Assembly: GCA_964036045.1 (NCBI GenBank)
Contig: OZ038378.1
Span: 121,830,001 to 121,894,000 of the forward strand
Reading direction: 5' to 3'
DNA from: Eutreptiella sp. 'Long Island Sound 2002'
Taxonomy: Eukaryota; Protista; Euglenida
Length of the DNA stretch: 64,000 nucleotides
This document shows positions 59,801-64,000 of this stretch, piece after piece (the first letter of the stretch is position 1; every line of letters starts with the position of its first letter). A program made the position numbers and the translations under genes. A model generated the notes under the pieces. That model had not been told where the DNA came from. It searched no databases and saw only the letters and a program-made list of their open reading frames with translations.

Positions 59801-62800
59801 CCCTTGGGGACCCATGGGGGCTTATGAGGACCTATGGGGATCTATTGGCACCTATGGGGACCATTGGGGGCCTATGCGCACCTATGGACACCTATGGGCA
59901 CCTATACGCACCTATGGGTACCTATCGGGGCCTATGGGGACGTATGGGGGCCTATGGGAACCTATAGGGGCCTATGGAAACCTATGGGGACCTTTGGGGA
60001 TCTATGGGGAGAACTGGGGGCCTATGGGGGCCTATTAGCACCTTTGGGGAACTTTGGGGGCCTATGGGGACTTGTGGGGAGGACCGGTGGGGACCTATGG
60101 GGACCTTTGGGGACGTATGGGGACCTATGGGGGCCTATTGGGGCCTACGGGGGCCTATTGCCACCTTTGGGGACCTATTGGGACCTACGGGGGCCCCCAT
60201 AGGTCCCCAAAGGTCCCAAAGGTCCCCGTACGTCCCCATTGGCCGCCACAGGCCCCAATAGGTCCCCATAGGACCCCACAGGTCGCCATAGGTCCCCAAA
60301 GGCCCCCATAGGTCCCCATACGTGCCCATAGGTGCCCACAGGTGCATATAGGTGTCCGTAGGTGCCCATAGGCCCCCATGGGCCCCCAAAGGTCCCCATA
60401 GGTGCCAATAGACCCCCATAGGTCCCCATAAGCCCCCATAGGTCCCCAAGGGTCCCCATAGGTCCCCATACGTCCCCATGGTCCCCCACAGGTACCAATA
60501 GGCCCACATAGGCCCCCATAGGTGCCCATAGGTCCCCAAAGGTCCCCATAGCTCCCCAAAGGTGCCAATAGCTCTTTGTAGGCCCCCATAGGTCGCCAAA
60601 GGTCCCCACAGGGTACCGTGCATAGGCCCCCATACGTCGCCATAGGCCCTCATAGGTCTCGAAAGGCCCCTATAGGTGCCCATAGGTGTCCATAGGGGCC
60701 CATAGGCCCCCATAGGCCCCCACAGGTCCCCATAGGTGCCAATAGACCCCATAGGTCCCCATAAGCCCCCATAGGTCCCCAAGGGTCCCCATAGGTCCCC
60801 ATCATTGCCCAAATGCCCCCATAGGTCCTCATAGGTGCCCATAGGTAGCCTTCGGTCACCATAGGTCCCCATGGGTCCCCAAAGGCCCCCATAGGTCCCC
60901 ATACATCCCCACCGGTCCCCATAGGTCCCCATAGGTCCCCATGGGCCCCACAGCTGCCAATAGGCCCGCATAGAGCCCCATACACCCCCATAGGTCCCTA
61001 AAGGTCCCCATAGGTCGCCAAAGGTGCCCATAGCTCCCCATAGGTCCCCATAGGCCCCCATAGATGCCAATAAGCCCCCATAGGTCCCTAAAGGTCCCCG
61101 TACGTCCCCGTTGGCCCCCACAGGCCCCAATAGGTCCCCATAGCACCCCAAAGGTCCTCAAAGGCCCCCATAGGTCCCCATAGGTCCACAAAGGCCCCCA
61201 CGGGCCCCTCTAAGCCCCCATGGGTCCCCATAGGTGCCCAAAGGCCCCCATAGGTCCCCATAGGTGCCCATAGGTCCCCATAGGTGTCCATAGATGCCCA
61301 TAGGCCCCCATAGGCCCCCAAGGGTCTCCATAGGTGCCAATAGCCCCCATAGGTCCCCATAAGCCCCCATAGGTCCCCAAGGGTCCCCATAGGTCCCCAA
61401 AGGCCCTCGTAGGTCCCCATACATCCCCACAGCTCCCTATGGGCCCCCATAGGTCCTCAAAGGTCCCCATGGGCCCCCACAGGTGCCAATAGGCCCCCAT
61501 CAGTGCCCATAGGCCCCCAAAGGTCCCCATAGTTCCTCATAGGCCCCCATAGGTCCCCAAAGGTCCCCATGGGCCCCCATAGGTGCCAATAGGCGGCCAT
61601 AGACCCCCGTAGGCCCCTGGAGGCCCCCATAGGTCCCCATATGTCCCCAAAGGACCCCGTAGGTCCCCACAGTCCCCCCCCCCACGTCCCCATAGGCCCC
61701 GAAAGGTCCTCAGAGGTGCCAATAGGCCCCCATAGATCCCCAAGGTGCCCCATAGGTTACCATAGGCCCCCTTAGGTTCCCATAGGCCGCCATAGGTCCC
61801 CATACGTCCCCATGGGCCCCCATAGGTCCCCATAGGTGCCCAAAGGCCCACAAAGGTCCCGATAGGTCCCCATAGGTGCCCATAGGTGCCCATAGGTGTC
61901 CATAGGTGCCTATAGGCCCCCATAGGCCCCCAAAGGTCCCCATAGGTCCCAATACGTGCCCATAGGTGGCCATCGGCCCCCATTGGTCCCCATAGGTCCG
62001 CAAACGCCCCCATAGTTCCCCATTCATCCCCAGAGATCCCCATATGCTCCCCATGAGCCCCCATCGGTGCCAATAGGCCCCCATAGGCCTATGGGGGTGT
62101 ATTGGCACCTATGGGGGCCTATGGGGACCTATGGGCACCTTTGGTGACCGATGGTGACCTATGGGGGTGTATGGGGGCCTATGCGGGCCTATTGGCACCT
62201 GTTGGGGCCCATGGGGACCTATGGGGACCGACGGCCACCTATGGGCATCTATGGGGACCTACGGGGGCCTTTGGGGACCTATGGGGACCCTTGGGGACCT
62301 ATGGGACTTATTGGGACCTACGGGGGCCCATTAGCACCTATGGGGACCTATGGGGACCTTTGGGGGCCTATGGGCCCCTATGTACACCTATGGGCACCTA
62401 TGTGCACCTATGGGGACCGACGGGGGACTTTGGGGAGCTATAGGGGCCTATGGGGACCTATGCGGACCTTTGGGGTGCTATGGGGACCTATTGGGGCCTG
62501 TGGGGGCCTATGGGGACGTACGGTGACGTTTGGGACCTTTGGGGGCCTATGGGGGCGTATTGGCACCTATGGGGGACCTATGGGGGTGTACGCGGGCCTA
62601 TGGGGGCCTATTGGCACCTGTGTGGGCCCCAAAGGTCCCCATAGGTCCCCATAGGCCCCCATAGATGCCAATAAGCCCCCATAGGCCCCCATAGCTCCCC
62701 AAAGGTCCCCGTACATTCCCATAGGCCCCAACAGACCGCCACAGGTCCCGACACGTCCCCATGGGCCCCCATAGGTCCCCATAGGTGCCCAAAGGCACAC

Positions 62801-64000
62801 ATACGTACCGATAGGTCCCCATAGGTGCCCATAGGTCCCCATAGGTGCCCGTAGGTGTCCATAGGAGCCCATAGGCCCCCATAGGCCCCCAAAGGTCCCC
62901 ATAGGTGCCAATAGGCCCCCATAGGTCCCCATAAGCCGCCATGGGTCCACATAGGTCCCAATAGGTGGCCATCGGGCCCAATACGTCCCCATAGGTCCGC
63001 AAAGGCCCCCATAGTTGCCCATTGATCCCCATAGATCCCCATATGGTCCCCATGAGCCCCCATAGGTGCCAATAGGCCCCCATGGGCCTATGGGGGCGTA
63101 TTGGCACCTATGGGGGCCTATGGGGACCTATGGGCACCTTTGGGGACCTATGGGGACTTTTGGGGACCTATGGGGGTGTATGGGGGCCTATGGGGGCCTA
63201 TTGGCACCTGTGGGGGCCCATGGGGACCTATGGGGACCGATGGCCACCTATGGGCACCTATGGGGACCTATGGGGGCATTTGGGGATCATGGGGAGCCTT
63301 GGGGACCTATGGAACTTATGGGGACCTGCAGGGGCGTATTGGCACCTTTGGGGACCTTTGGGGGCCCATGGGGGCCTATGGGCCCCTATGTACACCTATG
63401 GGCACCTATGGGGACTGATGGGGGCCTTTGGGGACCTATGGGGGCCTATGGGGACCTATGCGAACCTTTGGGGTGCTATGGGGAGCTTTTGGGGCCTGTG
63501 AGGGCCTATGGGGACGTACGGGGACGTTTGGGATCATTGGGGGCCTATGGGGGCGTATTGGCACTTATGGGGGCCTATGGGGTCTTTTGGGGTCCTTTGG
63601 GGACCTATGGGCACCTTTGGGGACCTATGGGGACCTTTGGGGACCTATGGGGTGTATGCGGGCCTATGGGGGCCTCTTGGCACCTTTCTGGACCCACGGG
63701 GACCCAAGGGAGCCTATTGGGACCTACGGGGCCCTATGCGCAGCTATGGGAATCTATGGGGACCTATGGGGGCCTATGGGGACTTGTGGGGACCTATAGG
63801 GGCCTAAGGGGGGCTATGGGCACCTATGGGGACCTATGGGGTCTTTTGGGGACCTCTGGCAACCTCTGGGACCTATGGGGGCGTATTGGCACCTATGGTG
63901 GCCTATGGGGACGTATGGGCACCTTTGGGGACCTATGGGGACCTTTGCGGACCTATGGGGGTGAATGGGGGCCTATAGGGGCCTATTGGCACGTGTCGGG
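56886..64000. repeat. G-rich 10-bp satellite (GGGGACCTAT/GGGGGCCTAT/GGCACCTATG variants) with ~1-kb higher-order structure and four orientation switches; runs off the window end
   Basis: Directly visible. G-strand on + at 56886-60193, 62088-62626 and 63083-64000; on - at 60194-62087 and 62627-63082. Confidence 0.98.

Noticed and set aside
56879-63807. Dozens of collagen-like 'GPMGTYGDLW' ORFs
   Set aside because: They are translations of a 10-bp satellite in all frames and both strands, with no Gly-X-Y register maintained and no splice or start context.

Overview
Eukaryotic, repeat-dominated genomic DNA. There are no operons, rRNA or CRISPR-cas. TTAGGG-type repeats, tyrosine-recombinase retroelements and 'KEAxALH' LRR remnants are compatible with a euglenozoan-like protist, but the sequence does not prove this. 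About a quarter of the window is satellite: one family in three arrays (41-bp at 1-1861, 46-bp at ~6543-12560, 48-bp at ~24955-25680) and a G-rich 10-bp satellite with four orientation switches (56886-64000). One host gene can be reconstructed by eye: a DUF229-like (alkaline phosphatase/sulfatase superfamily) gene on the + strand, with at least five GT-AG exons over ~28 kb (15622-43362). Its ~20-kb second intron is filled with nested decayed mobile elements (LINEs with RNase H, DIRS/Ngaro-type YR retroelements with split direct repeats, MITEs, and a satellite-carrying cassette with an intact small Zn-finger ORF). The exon 2/3 junction implies either a 1-nt frameshift at a C-CCT-TTG heptamer or a weaker alternative donor. 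The 3' part holds further transposase remnants, including a Transib/RAG1-like ORF with its own intron, and a 52-bp tandem hairpin array next to the G-rich satellite. Most entries in the ORF track are artefacts of repeats. All domain calls are motif recognition by eye; no database search was run.
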